The position numbers and the translations under genes were made by a program. The notes beneath the pieces are model-generated. The model was given only the letters and a program-made list of their open reading frames with translations. It had not been told where the DNA came from and made no database searches. From positions 18,498,101-18,562,100 of the forward strand of contig NC_092677.1 of the NCBI RefSeq assembly GCF_964355755.1: a stretch of DNA of 64,000 nt, given 5' to 3'. The DNA comes from Antedon mediterranea. Lineage: Eukaryota > Animalia > Echinodermata. Within the stretch, counting starts at the first letter, position 1. Every line of letters starts with the position of its first letter. Shown here piece by piece: positions 43,243-57,800 of this stretch.

Positions 43243-46200
43243 TCACTGTCCATAACTTGATCGATCAAAACATCAATAAGGAAAAAATGGTACGACTACT
43301 TACATCACTATTGTATCACTAATGTCCGGAGCGTTAGTCGTAATAAACTCTGTAAGATTGTCACTTGTCATGTAGTTTGAACTATTCCCGTTGAAGAAAT
43401 CGTATGCTGGCTCTTTAGCAGTCTCTGTAAGCCCAGCCTCAGGAAACACTACGCGAAGTGAGCTCATACCAAAATCAATGAAGTATAATATACCGCCAAA
43501 TTGTTGGGAAAGTTTGTCAAAACTAAAAGAAAGATAAAGTCTCCATTTTCATCAATTTGTAAATTCAGAAAATTTTGGGGGAAAAATATTAACAACTTTA
43601 TTTGAAAAGGGATACAACACTTCAACAGATTTGTGTATTACCAAAACTATTTAACTTACTTATAAAACTATCTACAAAAGTTATAATTTACTATGATTCA
43701 AAATATTAACTATTTCATTTTCTCTAATTTTACTCGAATGTACTTGCAGCACTTACCCAGCTTGTGCAATTCTACACGCGCATAACGACATGCGATAGTC
43801 AAAAAAAAAAACAAAGAAAAATAACGTAAATAACAGTAATATATAAACCAGAGCAGTAGCTGGCCTAGTGTAAGTACCTGAGTTACAAAAAGTTCACTTG
43901 TTTATGCACATACAATACCAATTAAACATTTAAAAAAGGGGAAAGTGTAAAACTTAGGGGCCCGCGCACGAACATGGATAATTAATGTAAATAAACCAAA
44001 ATAATGCCAATTTCATGTTTAGTTGATGGAAAACCCATTATGTTCGTAAGCATGATCTTTCCAGATAGAAAATTAAAAACTGTATCAGTGAGATGTGTGT
44101 TTTATACAATTTCTTTGATAAATAAAATGGGAAAGAATTTCATCTTCATATTAAGCCCACTTCTGGCATTTTTTTGATAATATTGCATTGTTACTTACGA
44201 AAACATGTTTATGTTGCAAATAGTGATTCCTGGAAATTCAAGTTCATCTTCATTCTGGTACGAAAGTTTAGTATTAGTTGGTCGACTTCTGTATTTTGTA
44301 ATACATTTAAATAACTGATACTGCAACCCGCAAAATGCACAACCGATTAGCAGAATCCATAACAACCTAATCATCAGTTAAAATAAGTTAAAACAATTAA
44401 TATATTTACATCATGGTATAGGTTAAATTTATGTATCTTTATATTATTATTTTTATTTACTGTAAAAGTTGTTTTTCTCTTTCATATGGATATCCTACAT
44501 TTACTTATTCTTTCAAGTATTTCAGTTAAAAATCACACAAATGTGTAATTAAAAATTAATGAAAAACGTTCATAAAACAGTTATAAACAATGGGATTATT
44601 GTTAGATTTATTGGTAGATTTTATAAGAATAATCATACTAGATTTTTTTTACGAAAGTGATAACTTGTCAAAGTTTGATTTTATCAATCTTCATTTTTCT
44701 TTTTTGGGGAAGGAAATCTTAAAATTTTGCTACAATAGTAAAAAAAAATACAATTTTAACATATCTAAATAACGTACATATCGTCCCTAAATAAATTCAG
44801 TTTAACTTAAGAAAACTATATGGAATATAACTATATCAAACCAAATTTAGAATGCAGTAGCTTATTTTTTCCCTATTGTAGTATGAGAAAGGTTCTTCAA
44901 TCAGAGACAAATTACACATAATTATATATTAATAGTCTTCATTTTCTATTTTATTTTGAGTTGTAGGCAATGTTAACGTTTTCAATCATACATTAAAGAT
45001 ATGTATAACGCCTACAATGTAATACCTCAATGTAAAGTGTGTTATTTTAACAAAAACGCAGAGCTGAGGATATCAAGAAGACATAATTCAATCAAACTGT
45101 TAATACAAAACAAGAAAGCCATATCAAGCAGAAGGTTCTATGTTTGAATTTCGCCTTTTCTCATTATCACAGATTGTGCGAGATTTTTAGTTTCTGGCAA
45201 ATACTCTTATATTGAATGTTTTCTCTCACAATCTAAATGAGATCTAAATGTATAACCAATTAATCCCAAGGCATCAAGAACAGTTTTTAAAGAATAATTC
45301 GCGCTCGCAATACTAACGTTATTACAAAATGAAACAATGCACTTGTTCATCTAATTATTGAGTGTGTTGTAGCGGTCTCGAGACTGCCGTACCAGAATGT
45401 TTTTCTTATTATTATTTATATAGCGCTTTTCAAAATTAGTATAAAATGATCAAAGCGCTTTACATCAGCACACCCAACAATGAGTCACTTCTTAGGAAAT
45501 AGATGTGTTTTGAGGGCTTTTTTAAATTTTAAAACCGTGGTTTGTTCCCGGATCACAGACGGGAGTTCGTTCCACATCACCGGTCCAAATTTTGAAAAAG
45601 TATTATTTCCAGAGGTCCGCTTTTTGAGACAGTGATCCAATCTAGTGTGATCTATCTCGGACCTTAGGCCTCTCTTAGCACATCTATACACCCGTAAGAG
45701 ATTGCTCAGATAACAGGGCGCATTATTATTTATACAATTGTAGGGTTCTAGGACACCTACCCCCTAGACAGTTACCCCCCGGATGTTTACCACCCGGACA
45801 ACTACCCCCTTAGGACAACTACCCCCCGGACAACTACCCCCCGGACAACTACCCCCTTAGGACAACTACCCCCTTAGGATAACAACCCCCCGGACAACTA
45901 CCCCCCGGACAACCACCCCCTTAGGACAACTACCCCCTTAGGATAACTACCCCCGGGTAACTACCCCCGGTCAACTACCCCCCGGTCAACTACCCCCCCC
46001 CCCCATCCAAAAGTAGACAAATATATAGGACCGGTTTCTGTAAAAATGAAATCATCTGTTTTTAACGGGTGTTTCGAAACTAGAGACCCGAGACCAGAGA
46101 CTTGACACGAGACCCAATACGAAAAGGGAGACCTATATTTGGGTCTCCCTTTTCGTATATTAGGGTCTCCCTTTTCGTATAGTGTGGTCTCTCTTTTTGT

Positions 46201-49200
46201 ATAGTGGGGTCTCTCTTTTCTTATAGTGGGGTCTCCCTTTTCTTATAGTGGGTCTCCCTTTTCGTATATTTGGGTCTCCCATTTTGTATATTTGGGTCTA
46301 CCTTTCGTATAACTGGGTCTCCTTTTTCGTATATTTAGGTCTCCCTTTTCGTATATTAGGGTCTCCCTTTTCGTATAGTGGAGTCTCCCTTTTCGTATAG
46401 TGGGGTCTCTCTTTTCGTACGTGGGTCTCCCTTTTCGTATATTTAGGTCTCCCTTTTCGTATTTGGTCTCTGGTCTCTGGTCTCGGGTCTCTAGTTTCGA
46501 AACACCCGTTTTTAACCGATTATTCTGTTTAACAGCACGCTAGACCCTAGATGCGCTAGATTTAAAGTACCGTATTTATTGAAAAAACGGCCTGGGCTGT
46601 TTATTGTTTAGGTGGTTTTTAGGTGGACATTTATTGGAAGAAAGTTGTTTATTCAATGGGAGGGGGTATAATCTAATGGAAATAGACGCCGATTATTCCA
46701 TATGATGTTTCATGGGAGTGACATGGTCACCGTTTATTTGAGGGGAATTTATTTAAAGATCGACGTTTATTCGGTGAGTGAACATTGAGGTCAAATATCA
46801 AAAGTGATATTATTCTTCAAGTGTACAAAAATACATATATGACAAATTTGAGACAAAAATTAATTCTTTTAAGACCAGTGGTTATCGAAGCATTGTCCTG
46901 ACGCAAAAATTATTATTATTATTAGCGAACCCAGTCTTTACAGTAAATACAGGGAGTACTATATAATACGTTCGACTATCCTATGATCATGTGTGACAAT
47001 CTTCAGTTTATACCAGGCTATATTTATGTTCAATCTTTTACTTTTGTTTACAATAATGAATAGTAATTCGTCAAAGTAACGAATTAAAATATAGTTATTA
47101 ATTCCTATTATACACTGTTGCAGAGTCAGGTTGTTGAATGGTCTGGGTGGTTAGGGTGTTCTAAAGGGATAGTTTTCTGGGTGGTAATTGTCCGGAGGGT
47201 AATTGTCCGGGGGGTAATTGTTCCTAGGGGGTAATTGTCCGGGGGGTAGTTGTCCAGGGGGTAGTTGTCCTAAGGGGGTTGTTGTCTTAAGGGGGTAGTT
47301 GTCCGGGGGGTATTTGTCCGGGGGGTAGTTGTCCTAAAGGGGTAGTTGTCCTAATTGGGTAGTGGTCCAGGTGGTGGTTGTCCGGGGGGTAGTTGTCCGG
47401 GGGGTAAATGTCCAGGGGGTGAATATCCGGATACGAATTGGAGACATGAAGTAACACTTTAAAAGCGTATCCGGATATTCACCCCCTGGACATTTACCCC
47501 CAGGACAACTACCCCCCGGACAACCACCACCTGGACCACTACCCACTTAGGACAACTACCCCTTTAGGACAACTACCCCCCGGACAAATACCCCCCGGAC
47601 AACTACCCCCTTAGGACAACAACCCCCTTAGGACAACTACCCCCTGGACAACTACCCCCCGGACAATTACCCCCTAGGAACAATTACCCCCCGGACAATT
47701 ACCCCTCGGACAATTACCACCCAGAAAACTATCCCTTTAGAACACCCTAACCACCCAGACCATTCAACAACCTGACTCTGCAACAGTGTATAATAGGAAT
47801 TAATAACTATATCTTAATTTGTTACTTTGACGAATTACTATTCATTATTGTAAACAAAAGTAAAAGATTGAACATAAATATAGCCTGGTATAAACTGAAG
47901 ATTGTCACACATGATCATAGGATAGTCGAACGTATTATATAGTACTCCCTGTATTTACTGTAAAGACTGGGTTCGCTAATAATAATAATAATTTTTGCGT
48001 CAGGACAATGCTTCGATAACCACTGGTCTTAAAAGAATTAATTTTTGTCTCAAATTTGTCATATATGTATTTTTGTACACTTGAAGAATAATATCACTTT
48101 TGATATTTGACCTCAATGTTCACTCACCGAATAAACGTCGATCTTTAAATAAATTCCCCTCAAATAAACGGTGACCATGTCACTCCCATGAAACATCATA
48201 TGGAATAATCGGCGTCTATTTCCATTAGATTATACCCCCTCCCATTGAATAAACAACTTTCTTCCAATAAATGTCCACCTAAAAACCACCTAAACAATAA
48301 ACAGCCAGGCCGTTTTTTCAATAAATACGGTACTTTAAATCTAGCGCATCTAGGGTCTAGCGTGCTGTTAAACAGAATAATCGGTTAAAAACGGGTGTTT
48401 CGAAACTAGAGACCCGAGACCAGAGACCAGAGACCCAATACGAAAAGGGAGACCTAAATATACGAAAAGGGAGACCCACGTACGAAAAGGGAGACCCCAC
48501 TATACGAAAAGGGAGACCCCACTATACGAAAAGGGAGACCCTAATATACGAAAAGGGAGACCTAAATATACGAAAAGGGAGACCCAGTTATACGAAAGGG
48601 AGACCCAAATATACAAAATGGGAGACCCAAATATACGAAAAGGGAGACCCACTATAAGAAAAGGGAGACCCCACTATAAGAAAAGGGAGACCCCACTATA
48701 CAAAAAGAGAGACCACACTATACGAAAAGGGAGACCCTAATATACGAAAAGGGAGACCCAAATATAGGTCTCCCTTTTCGTATTGGGTCTCGTGTCAAGT
48801 CTCTGGTCTCGGGTCTCTAGTTTCGAAACACCCGTTAAAAACAGATGATTTCATTTTTACAGAAACCGGTCCTATATATTTGTCTACTTTTGGATGGGGG
48901 GGCGGGGGAGGTAGTTGACCGGGGGGTAGTTGACCGGGGGGGTAGTTACCCGGGGGGTAGTTATCCTAAGGGGGTAGTTGTCCTAAGGGGGTGGTTGTCC
49001 GGGGGGTAGTTGTCCGGGGGGTTGTTATCCTAAGGGGGTAGTTGTCCTAAGGGGGTAGTTGTCCGGGGGGTAGTTGTCCGGGGGTAGTTGTCCTAAGGGG
49101 GTAGTTGTCCGGGTGGTAAACATCCGGGGGGTAACTGTCTAGGGGGTAGGTGTCCTAGAACCCTTTAAAAGTGATTCTACTTTCAACAGGTAGCCAATGC

Positions 49201-50853
49201 AATGCATAAAGCAGAGGTCTAGAACTAACAAACATAGGTACTTGGTAAATTAACCTGGCAGCCCGGTTCTGAAGCTTTTGTAATCTCGAAACGTTATGTT
49301 TGGACATTCCAACAAATAGTGAGTTACAATAATAATCTAACCTGGATAGAATTAGTGACCTCAAAGCCTCGGTACACGTTTTTTTGTCTAAACAATTTCT
49401 TATTCTACGCAATGCCCTTAAGAAAACAATTACATTACGGCAGACATTATCAATGTGGGGTGTCATACGAAGAAAAACATCAAACACCACACCAAGATTT
49501 CTAACTGTGTGGGAGGGTTTAACAATAATTTCACCAATATTCAGTTGAATATTTCTATTACTAATGTCAACTTTTGGTGGAGTTAAAACTAATAACTCTG
49601 TTTTTGATTCATTAAGTTTAAGTTGATTTTTGTACATCCAAATACTAAGATCATTAATACATTTAGTAATTCTATAAATGGCAACTTCGAGATCCCCTGG
49701 CACTTTAGGGTTAAACCTGGTATACAATTGAGTGTCATCTGCGTATAGATGAAAAAGTATCCCATGAGACTTAATAATGTCAGCAATAGGTTTAATGTAA
49801 GTGGTAAAAAGTTGGGGACTAATTGTGGACCCTTGTGGGACACCAGAGCTAAGATGAAATTTACTTGATTCAGATCCATTTAAAGTGACTTTACAATATC
49901 TGTCTTCGACGTATGTTTTAACAAATTCAGAAGCGTATTTTGTTTCTCCAGCTAATTCCTGAAGTAAATCGGTTTAATTGAAATCTATTTTGTACGCAAC
50001 TAAGTATATTTAGAGAAATTATCTTTGTGACAATTACATTTCAATAACCCTCGACACCCCGACCATCTTAAATTCATTCATCCTTTTGCTTGATACTATT
50101 TTTTTTCTGTTTCATAGAATTTTCGAGAAAATCTGATTCATTGCCCGTTGATGTGTTTAAACATATCATCAAGAGTCTTTTTTTTTTGTATTCCTGAATA
50201 TGTTTTATATATTTACTAGTAATTATACCCGCCCCAGGGCGGGTTGCAATATTTCTTTTCGTACATAAGTTGGGGACCCCTCGTGAAACGTTATAAAATA
50301 AACATGAATATTCATTAATCATATCCATAAGGTGTGACGTAAGAATTGTTCAAATGTAGTTTAGAACTTTCCCGGTACAATTCCGGTCATTTTAATACCC
50401 AAAATGCAAGGTTATGTGCAGTAACAAACATTGGTATAACGAACAAACAAACAAACCCACACAACAAACGTACAAACTCTCTCACTTATAATATAGATAA
50501 TAGCTTAAGACCACACCTTTCCCATTATTTTCAATCTACTGTAGCTTTTGTGTCAGATTCAAATTTGCATTGTGCTTCATATATGAAATAATTATTTTAG
50601 CACTGTAACTTTTGCTATCAATTTAAATGTTTTCGTATTATTTTTAATCATGCACAAATTAATTCAAGTATTCGTTTATTAACAAAATGAATTTCCTTGT
50701 AAATAAAGGAGCTGTACTACTTATACATGTTTCTTACCTTCTAATGTTAGATGTTCCTTCTATTAGATGTTTTACACCATGAAAATTGGTATTTTCACCG
50801 AACTCACTCACATTTTTCTTCCATATTTTGTCAGTGGTCGCCCGTGAAACCAT
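36125..50853 (-). CDS. DEG/ENaC (ASIC-superfamily) sodium channel subunit, paralog C; 11 exons, 629 aa
   Basis: Exons 50853-50738, 44366-44199, 43522-43304, 42605-42490, 39631-39447, 39344-39218, 38729-38667, 38115-37941, 37498-37025, 36749-36658, 36279-36125; total 1890 nt in frame. Same exon architecture and motifs as paralog B ([26 protein letters not shown]). Confidence 0.95.
39836..41179 (-). mobile_element. Non-autonomous Helitron family 1, copy 4 (intron 4 of gene C; longest uninterrupted copy)
   Basis: Same TC...hairpin-CTAG termini and A/T target as the other copies. Confidence 0.88.
43208..43242. repeat. (TTA)n microsatellite
   Basis: About 11 perfect TTA units. Confidence 0.9.
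45744..47435 (+). mobile_element. Mutator-like foldback non-autonomous element, copy L
   Basis: Both ends are inverted arrays of GGACAACTACCCCCC units; 8-bp TSD AATTGTAG/AATTGGAG. Confidence 0.8.
46067..46507. mobile_element. Nested Mutator-like MITE with ~21-bp minisatellite (in copy L)
   Basis: TIR GGGTGTTTCGAAACTAGAGACCCGAGACC, 9-bp TSD GTTTTTAAC, internal GGGTCTCCCTTTTCGTATA repeats. Confidence 0.85.
47466..49162 (-). mobile_element. Mutator-like foldback non-autonomous element, copy R (inverted twin of copy L)
   Basis: Near-perfect reverse complement of 45744-47435; perfect 9-bp TSD CTTTAAAAG (47457-47465 and 49163-49171). Confidence 0.85.
48393..48833. mobile_element. Nested Mutator-like MITE (in copy R)
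   Basis: Reverse complement of 46067-46507, same length (441 bp) and same TSD. Confidence 0.85.
50216..50497 (-). mobile_element. Short non-autonomous Helitron (family 2) with GTTT microsatellite
   Basis: Minus strand A|TCTATATTATAAG...(GTTT)n...CCCGCCCTGGGGCGGG hairpin, TATAATTA, CTAG|T. Confidence 0.75.
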
Positions 50854-53800
50854 GTTTATTCAACTTAAATTTAATATCAAATACTAGTTTAGGTACGCTA
50901 CACCAGAAACATAAAACAAATTATGAAATCAATACACACAAAACGTTTAATATAAAACGATTTAAACCATCAAGATTGTCAATAATCATGAAAGGTTAAG
51001 TGAGTGCAAAATGTAATAAAGGACACTTCGTCTCTGTGTTTTTTTTTTATTATAGCTGCATGGTTCTATATTAGCTCTATTCATGTTATTTTGACCAATC
51101 GTCTTTGTATTAACTTTTTAAACTTCTTTTGTATATTATAGGAAAATATAAGAAAATTCATTAATTAATTAATATTCACTGTAAACTTGTTGCACATCTC
51201 ATTAAGAATGTGCCTCTGATTTAAAAGAGACACAACTTAACAAAATTCAGTTCAGTGATGATAAATAATATGATTTTATATGATGACATGAAAGATAATA
51301 TGAATGTAAATGAAAGTGGTGTTTACGCCAAAAAAATAGAAAAAAAAGGCTCTCTTCAGATCCATTCTCGAGAATTCCAGTAAAATCGAGGTTTCTAAAA
51401 AATAAGACATACTCTTCAAGCTTTATCTCAGGATAACTCGTGGTATATATAGGCCTAGTGTTTGAACGTTTGCTTGGTTGGATTTGTTTTTCGTTACAAA
51501 AGTAGTATTTTATTTTCAAATGAATTTATTTCAGAAGTACATTACTAAATAATATCTGAGTTTTTTCAATTATTATTTTTATGGAGGGTGTTTGGGGGGG
51601 GGGGGGCGTTCAAATTGTAGATAAAGATGTACAAAAATTTACAAAATAAATTTATGAAAGAAGCTTTTCTCCTGAAAGCATGCATCTGCCTCATTATATA
51701 TTCATCATGCTGCTTTCTGATTGGTCAATTGCTGTAGTTGAAGCCTTTTGTCAAATTATTTCTAGGGTGTTTGTAGATAAGCCCCAACGATTATTATAAA
51801 TTTCATATTTATGTATTTTGGGATAACTGGTCAATTCAAATGATAAAGTATACACCAAGAGTAAAATAAAACAAAAACATTAATTTCAACAAAAACAGTT
51901 AAGCTCTTTTCTCAAAGTAGGGCAGTATTGTCACAGCTAGTCAATTTTTTTATTCCGATTGATTTGTTGTACTATTTTCATCATTAAGCGGTCCGCTATA
52001 AATACCGGCATGCATCGCGCAAGGATTGAGTTCTGTGCTGCAACCACGTTCAGTGTAATAGAGTCGATCTTCTCAGCTCCTCAGTCCCATCGTATAATCT
52101 TATACAAGTAGCGACGCCTTAACATTCTGTATTTTATAGTAGCTACACATCCCAACAACGTCTTCAAATAATTATTAATATTCTAGCTATCGCGCAATGA
52201 TATTATCTTCATCTTGCCGACGTAAAATACATAGTTAATGTAAGGTCCAATTTGGTAACTTTTTATCTCCATATTAAGTCCAGGGACCAATTTGGCTACT
52301 CAGTTGGGTTACAAGTAATAGATATTCCAGGTGGCTCACTTTGAAGCTTGACATTAGCGTTGAAAGCCAGTTGTTCAGACCCATGGCGTTAGACCGTTTT
52401 AGCGTACAACGTTACTATCAAGGTCACGTTACAAACCGCAGAGAAAAAAACGAAGTGTTCAGACCCAAAGCGTAAGCAACGGAAGTTTCGTCATTGGGAG
52501 TACATTGTTACATATTCATGAGTACCGAAAGTACGAACCAACTTTACAGTGGGACAGCCAGTCGACATATCGTGTCAAATTTCGACTCGGAGAGGGCGCC
52601 CTACTTTTCTAATTTAGTTCAAAATTGCTAAATTTTAGGGTGTTGGAAAAACACAATATTTGTAAATTTAGCTGATTATCGGAAAAATATTGTTAGTGAA
52701 ATAAATTCATAAATGGTTTTAATATATTGTCATGTAAAAATAAATGTATTTGAACAAAACGATAATCTGTAATTTAACGGCAAAATCAACCAATGTCTTT
52801 TTTTCGAAATTGTACCCTAGAAAATCATTAAAATAAAATATTTAGAAAAATTGAACAGTCCTGAATTTAAAATCCCTGTTAGAAAAATTAATAATCTACA
52901 GAATACGATATTAAGATACAAAATTCGGTGGTTGGGATGCAGCTCCGACTATTCAAACTAAAGGTACCACTATTTGTTCCATCGAAAACTAGCGAAACTG
53001 CCATTTTGTAAACACATCGTCATCGTGTTTATGAATTTATTTATCGAACGATATACGCGATGTTTATAGTTGTCCGCGTATAAGAATTCATATAAATAAA
53101 TACATTCCAATACAACGTATATTATTACTTGTTTATTTATCACAGTATACATTTTAGTTGAGGAATATTTATCATAACTATTATAATAGCTTTTATACGA
53201 GTCCGAGGCCTAGCCCTATTAGCGACCGATTGTTCCAGGGGCGGAAAGTCACTTAGTGACGTTGTGATCGGGCGCGTCGGGCCTAGCTAATATTAATAAT
53301 ATGACCTGAAATAAGCGGCTAACAAGAACTGTTATATACTTGCTTACAATTGTTTTGTTATTGATGAACAAACAAGCAATTAGATTGAATAACAAATTAT
53401 TTATTCATTTTTTTGGGGTAAAAACATGTACAAACTAGTACTGTATAATAGAAATTATAATAATAGTAATATTAAACTAATACAGTATTAATAAAATACA
53501 AAATAGGCCTAAAATACAATAAATATTCAATTTTTAAGGTCTACCACATGACAATAACATAATTTACAGAGTATAGTGTAGTAGGTTTGCATTCAACATA
53601 AATATTTGTATTGTAATTCATCTAAATCCTCTGCAACATACATATATATTTGTAATTCAACATGTTGTTTTAAATAATTAAATTATAGTTTGGGTATGAC
53701 AATGTCGATAGGTACCGGTGTCATCTTTTTATCCACTTCACTCTCAGTTTGAAGTCACAAAGACAAAGAACTCTGCATCATCAACGATTCCTGAAAGTGT

Positions 53801-54474
53801 CAGAAAAAATAATAAACATTATTTTTAAAAAACGTTAATGTCTGGTTGTATATATAATTATAATATAATATTATATGATGACATAAAAGTAAGGCAAATG
53901 GAAGCTGTATTTTATTAATTAAATTACAGTATTTACTATTATTATTTATATAATCTAGGCCTACTACTAGTACTAGTAGCCTGCTAGGCATCTATTGAGC
54001 CTAATAAATCAAATAATAAATGAAAAATAAATAATAATATTAATACTGATTGAAAAAAAGTTTTTTTTTTGCGGGGATCAGATCACCAGGCTAGGCCGGC
54101 CAGGACCAATGATACTCGTAATCAGTACAACTTAACGACTATCGGATCAGCATCAACACAGTACAGTACAACACACGTCTCGCTATTGCCTATATACTGA
54201 CACACGTGTCTCGCGTTGCCGAAACCACGCTCACAGCTAGAAAATGTACCTACCTTTCGAGGCCTGAGAATACACCAACAAATTTTGAACAGGATAGAAA
54301 TATATCATACTCGATTAAACTAATATTATTCTTGATAAAACAATTGATTATAATTGTTTTAATTTGTTGGGATGCACCTCCGACTATTCAGAAAATGGAC
54401 AACAAAACAGTAGTCAAATCGTACCACATTTATAAATTTCACGAGTCCCGACTTCAGTCGCCGAGTGTATTGTA

Positions 54475-54809
54475 TTAGCTTCGGTTTCTTTGAAGGAAAC
54501 CGATTGGTTATTCAATAATACTTATTAGGAAATGCTTTTACCATAATAGGTAATGTTGGGCGGGTCTTAAATATTTATGAGAGCTTAAAATAAAACAGCA
54601 CTTATTTGCTAGGCGACGAAAAATCGTGGTTTCAGTTTTCAACGATAGGTGGCGCTTCAAAATCGTCAATGCGGAAGTAAGTCGATTTTACACGATTTAA
54701 CGGTCAAAACGCGAAGTGGCTTTCCCACTGTTTACATACCATCGAGTAAAAATTCTAAAAGTAAGGCGCGGTTTACCGAATTTTGCCCTTACGTAAATTT
54801 ATATATAGA
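54475..54809 (-). mobile_element. Putative short non-autonomous Helitron (family 3)
   Basis: 5' end A|TCTATATATAAATTT like family 1; 3' hairpin CGGTTTC..GAAACCG followed by CTAA|T. Confidence 0.45.
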
Positions 54810-54849
54810 TACAGTTATGAACAAAAATATATTGCTGATAAGTATTTAA

Positions 54850-57800
54850 ATCTCTAAGTGCCATTATATTAAGTTCCTTAAATAGAGGACCCGTATTTGC
54901 TGCAAAAGAAGATTTTGAAATTATACCTATGATTTTTTTTTTGGAGCAATTTTAATTTAGTAAGATTTGATTGAAAAGTATTACCCCAGACCACATTACA
55001 ATATGAAAAATAAGGAAGAACAAGAGAATTGTATAAGGTACGGAGAATATTTACAATAACTAAACATTTAATTCTGTTGATTACTCCTATACCAGGGAAC
55101 ACCGGATGTTTTGGGTACCAGGCCTACCTGTCCCCGAGTTGCTAATGGAATTGCTATTGTTACATGTGGATCATGTTTCAAGAACATTTTTCGAAACCGT
55201 CAGAAAATCGTATGTTGTGAATGCTCTTTAATCTTTCACGCTAGCTGTGTTCAGATTTCCCCAAATCATTTTCGCAAATCTTTTAAGGATAGGAATCATA
55301 ACTGGATCTGTTACCATTGTGATCTCCCTAAACTAAATGACTCGTACTTCTCCACCGATGAATCTTTAATTGAATCTGAGACAAGTACCAGTGATATTTC
55401 TATAGATTCCCTTAATACAACTGCAACATCAGAAAGCATTTGTGGTGTATTATTTAACGCCAGGAGCCTAAAAAACAAACTAAGATGTCTACAAACTTAC
55501 CTGGGACAGAATACTCACCTATCAATCATCGGTATAACTGAAACCTGGCTCACCGATACAGTTCCTGATGGTGTTATATCAAACCAACATGTCATTTTTC
55601 GCAAGGACAGAGGTGCTAATAAAGGCGGTGGTGGTGTGCTTCTGGCCATTAAACCTGAATTACATCCCATCCAAGTTACCCATCCTTCAATGGAAAATGT
55701 TGAATGTGTCTGGGCAGAATTCAGTGTCAATGATGGTAGATGGCTTTGCGGTGTATTTTATAGACCACCATCTAAACCTAACTCTGCTTTGGAACTTGAG
55801 GAAATTGTTCTGCAACTTCATATTGAAAAAGATAAAGGAGCTACGTTGCTTGGAGATTTTAACATCAATTGGTTGGCCGACATACACATTATCAACAACT
55901 TGTACAGCAGAGTCAGCAATTGGACATCATCACTTGATTTCCAACAGATTGTCATGGATCCTACACGCATAACATTGGCATCCAGCACCCTCATTGACTT
56001 ACTGTTTACTAACTATCCAGAACGTGTCTGTGACGTTAATGTTCTCGATCCATTCTCTACTTCTGACCACTGTGTGGTGGCTTTCAAAATTCGCGGTTTC
56101 CCGAGGATTAAACGAAACCCTACTAAGACAAATTTTTACGCTAAAACTAACGTCGAGGCTATTAATGAAGGTATTGGGAACATCACTTGGGAATCCATTA
56201 AATGTGAATCGGTTAATGGAGTATGGTCTAATTTTATTACCAAATTTATGGAATGTGTGAATTTACATATCCCACATAGAAATCAACGCCGAAAGACCAA
56301 GCCCTGGATTTTCCCCGAAATTAAAAAAATGGCAGTCAAAAAGAGAAAATTGTTTAACCGCGCTAGACGAAGTGGAAACATTAATGATTGGACTGCTTAT
56401 AAAAAACTCCGTAATAAAATAAGATATGTCACAAATCGTTCCCACAGTAAATATATTGATGAATTAATGGGAAAAGCTGATAATATGAAGCAATTCTGGC
56501 AGTATGTCCAGTCTAAACGGAAGTCTGCAAATTGTTCTTCATTTGTGATTAATGATACAATGTGCTCCGATCCAAGGACAATTGCGAACGCGTTTAATTC
56601 ACTATTCGAATCTTATTTTACCCAGAATGACCCATTAACAGATGAATCTACATCACCCAGACTAGAGGTTACTACTCTAGCAAACATTATTGTCCATCCT
56701 ATTGTTGTTTTCAGGAAGATCATGAAACTCTCTGTGGGCAAAGCTGCCGGGCCCGATGGCATTACATCTCAAATGTTAAAACTCTGTGCCAAAGGTTTAT
56801 CGCCATTACTTGCCGATGTTTTTAACTTCAGTTTGGAAAGTGGTGAACTTCCTTCGGCATGGAAATGTGCAAACATCGCACCAGTCCATAAGAAGCTCAG
56901 CAAGACGAACCAATTGCACTGACATCTTTGTTCTCAAAGGTGCTCGAGAGTATTGTCACCGATGAACTCCGTCTTCATCTGAACGAATTTGGACTCATGT
57001 TTGATGGCCAATATGGTTTTACTCCAGGAAAATCTTGTTCCTCAGTCTTGGCTGAGGCTACAACATCCTGGGTTAAGGCTTTAGATGATGGGGCACCACG
57101 GATTGATGTCGTGGCTCTTGATTACAGTAGGGCATTTGATTCCATCTCGCATGACATTCTGGTGAATAAGCTTTCAAAAACGTATGGTATTGGCGGTGTA
57201 TTATTAAAATGGATTAACTCTTTCTTATCTGGTCGTAAGCAAAGAGTAATTTTTAATGGTGTCCAATCTGACTGGTGTTTAGTCAAGTCAGGTGTCCCCC
57301 AGGGGTCAGTCTTGGGGCCATTATTGTTCAACATTTACGTGAATGACTTAAATCTTCACTTAGAAAATAAACCGTACCAATATGCTGACGATACATTTAT
57401 TAGTAAAGCAGTTTATTCTTATTGTGATTTTATTTCCTTACAGAGAGACATTAACAAAATCTCTGAATGGTCAATTTTAAACAAACTTATTTTAAACCCT
57501 ACTAAATGTAACATCTTGTCTATCGATAGAAGGAGAACTCCATCTTCTAATGACTATGTACTTAACGATCAGGTTATTGCACATGTTAAACATCTGAAAA
57601 TTCTTGGTGTGTACATATCCGATGATTTGTCATGGTCTAAACAAGTCCATGAGGTTGTAAATAAGTGTAATAGAACACTGGGTCTTGTTAGAGCAATTGC
57701 TGGTGGTTGTTCTACACCCGTTCTTTTAAAATTATACCAGTGTCTAGTCCTCCCTCATATACAGTACTGTTGCGAGGTGTGGTACCCTTATCGCATATGT

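Larger units (their letters stand above)
45405..49920 (-). mobile_element. 5'-truncated L2-type LINE in intron 1 of gene C, split by two foldback insertions
   Basis: RT motifs GVPQG, YADDTQLY, LNESKTE, RNLGV.FD, SRLDY.N, LHWLPV. The frame continues across the insertions as ITFKVLLHVYNCI. L2-type tail TGTAAAGCGCTTTGA...AAGCGCTATATAAAT. Confidence 0.9.

Noticed and set aside
45760-49150. Short tandem arrays as a CRISPR array, or the Gly/Pro-rich ORF 47334-47546 as a gene
   Set aside because: No unique spacers and no cas genes; eukaryotic context; the arrays are transposon terminal repeats.
51654-51770. Signal-peptide-like ORF MKEAFLLKACICLIIFIMLLS as the first exon of the HYR gene
   Set aside because: No convincing phase-1 donor and no homology support; cannot be called without transcripts.
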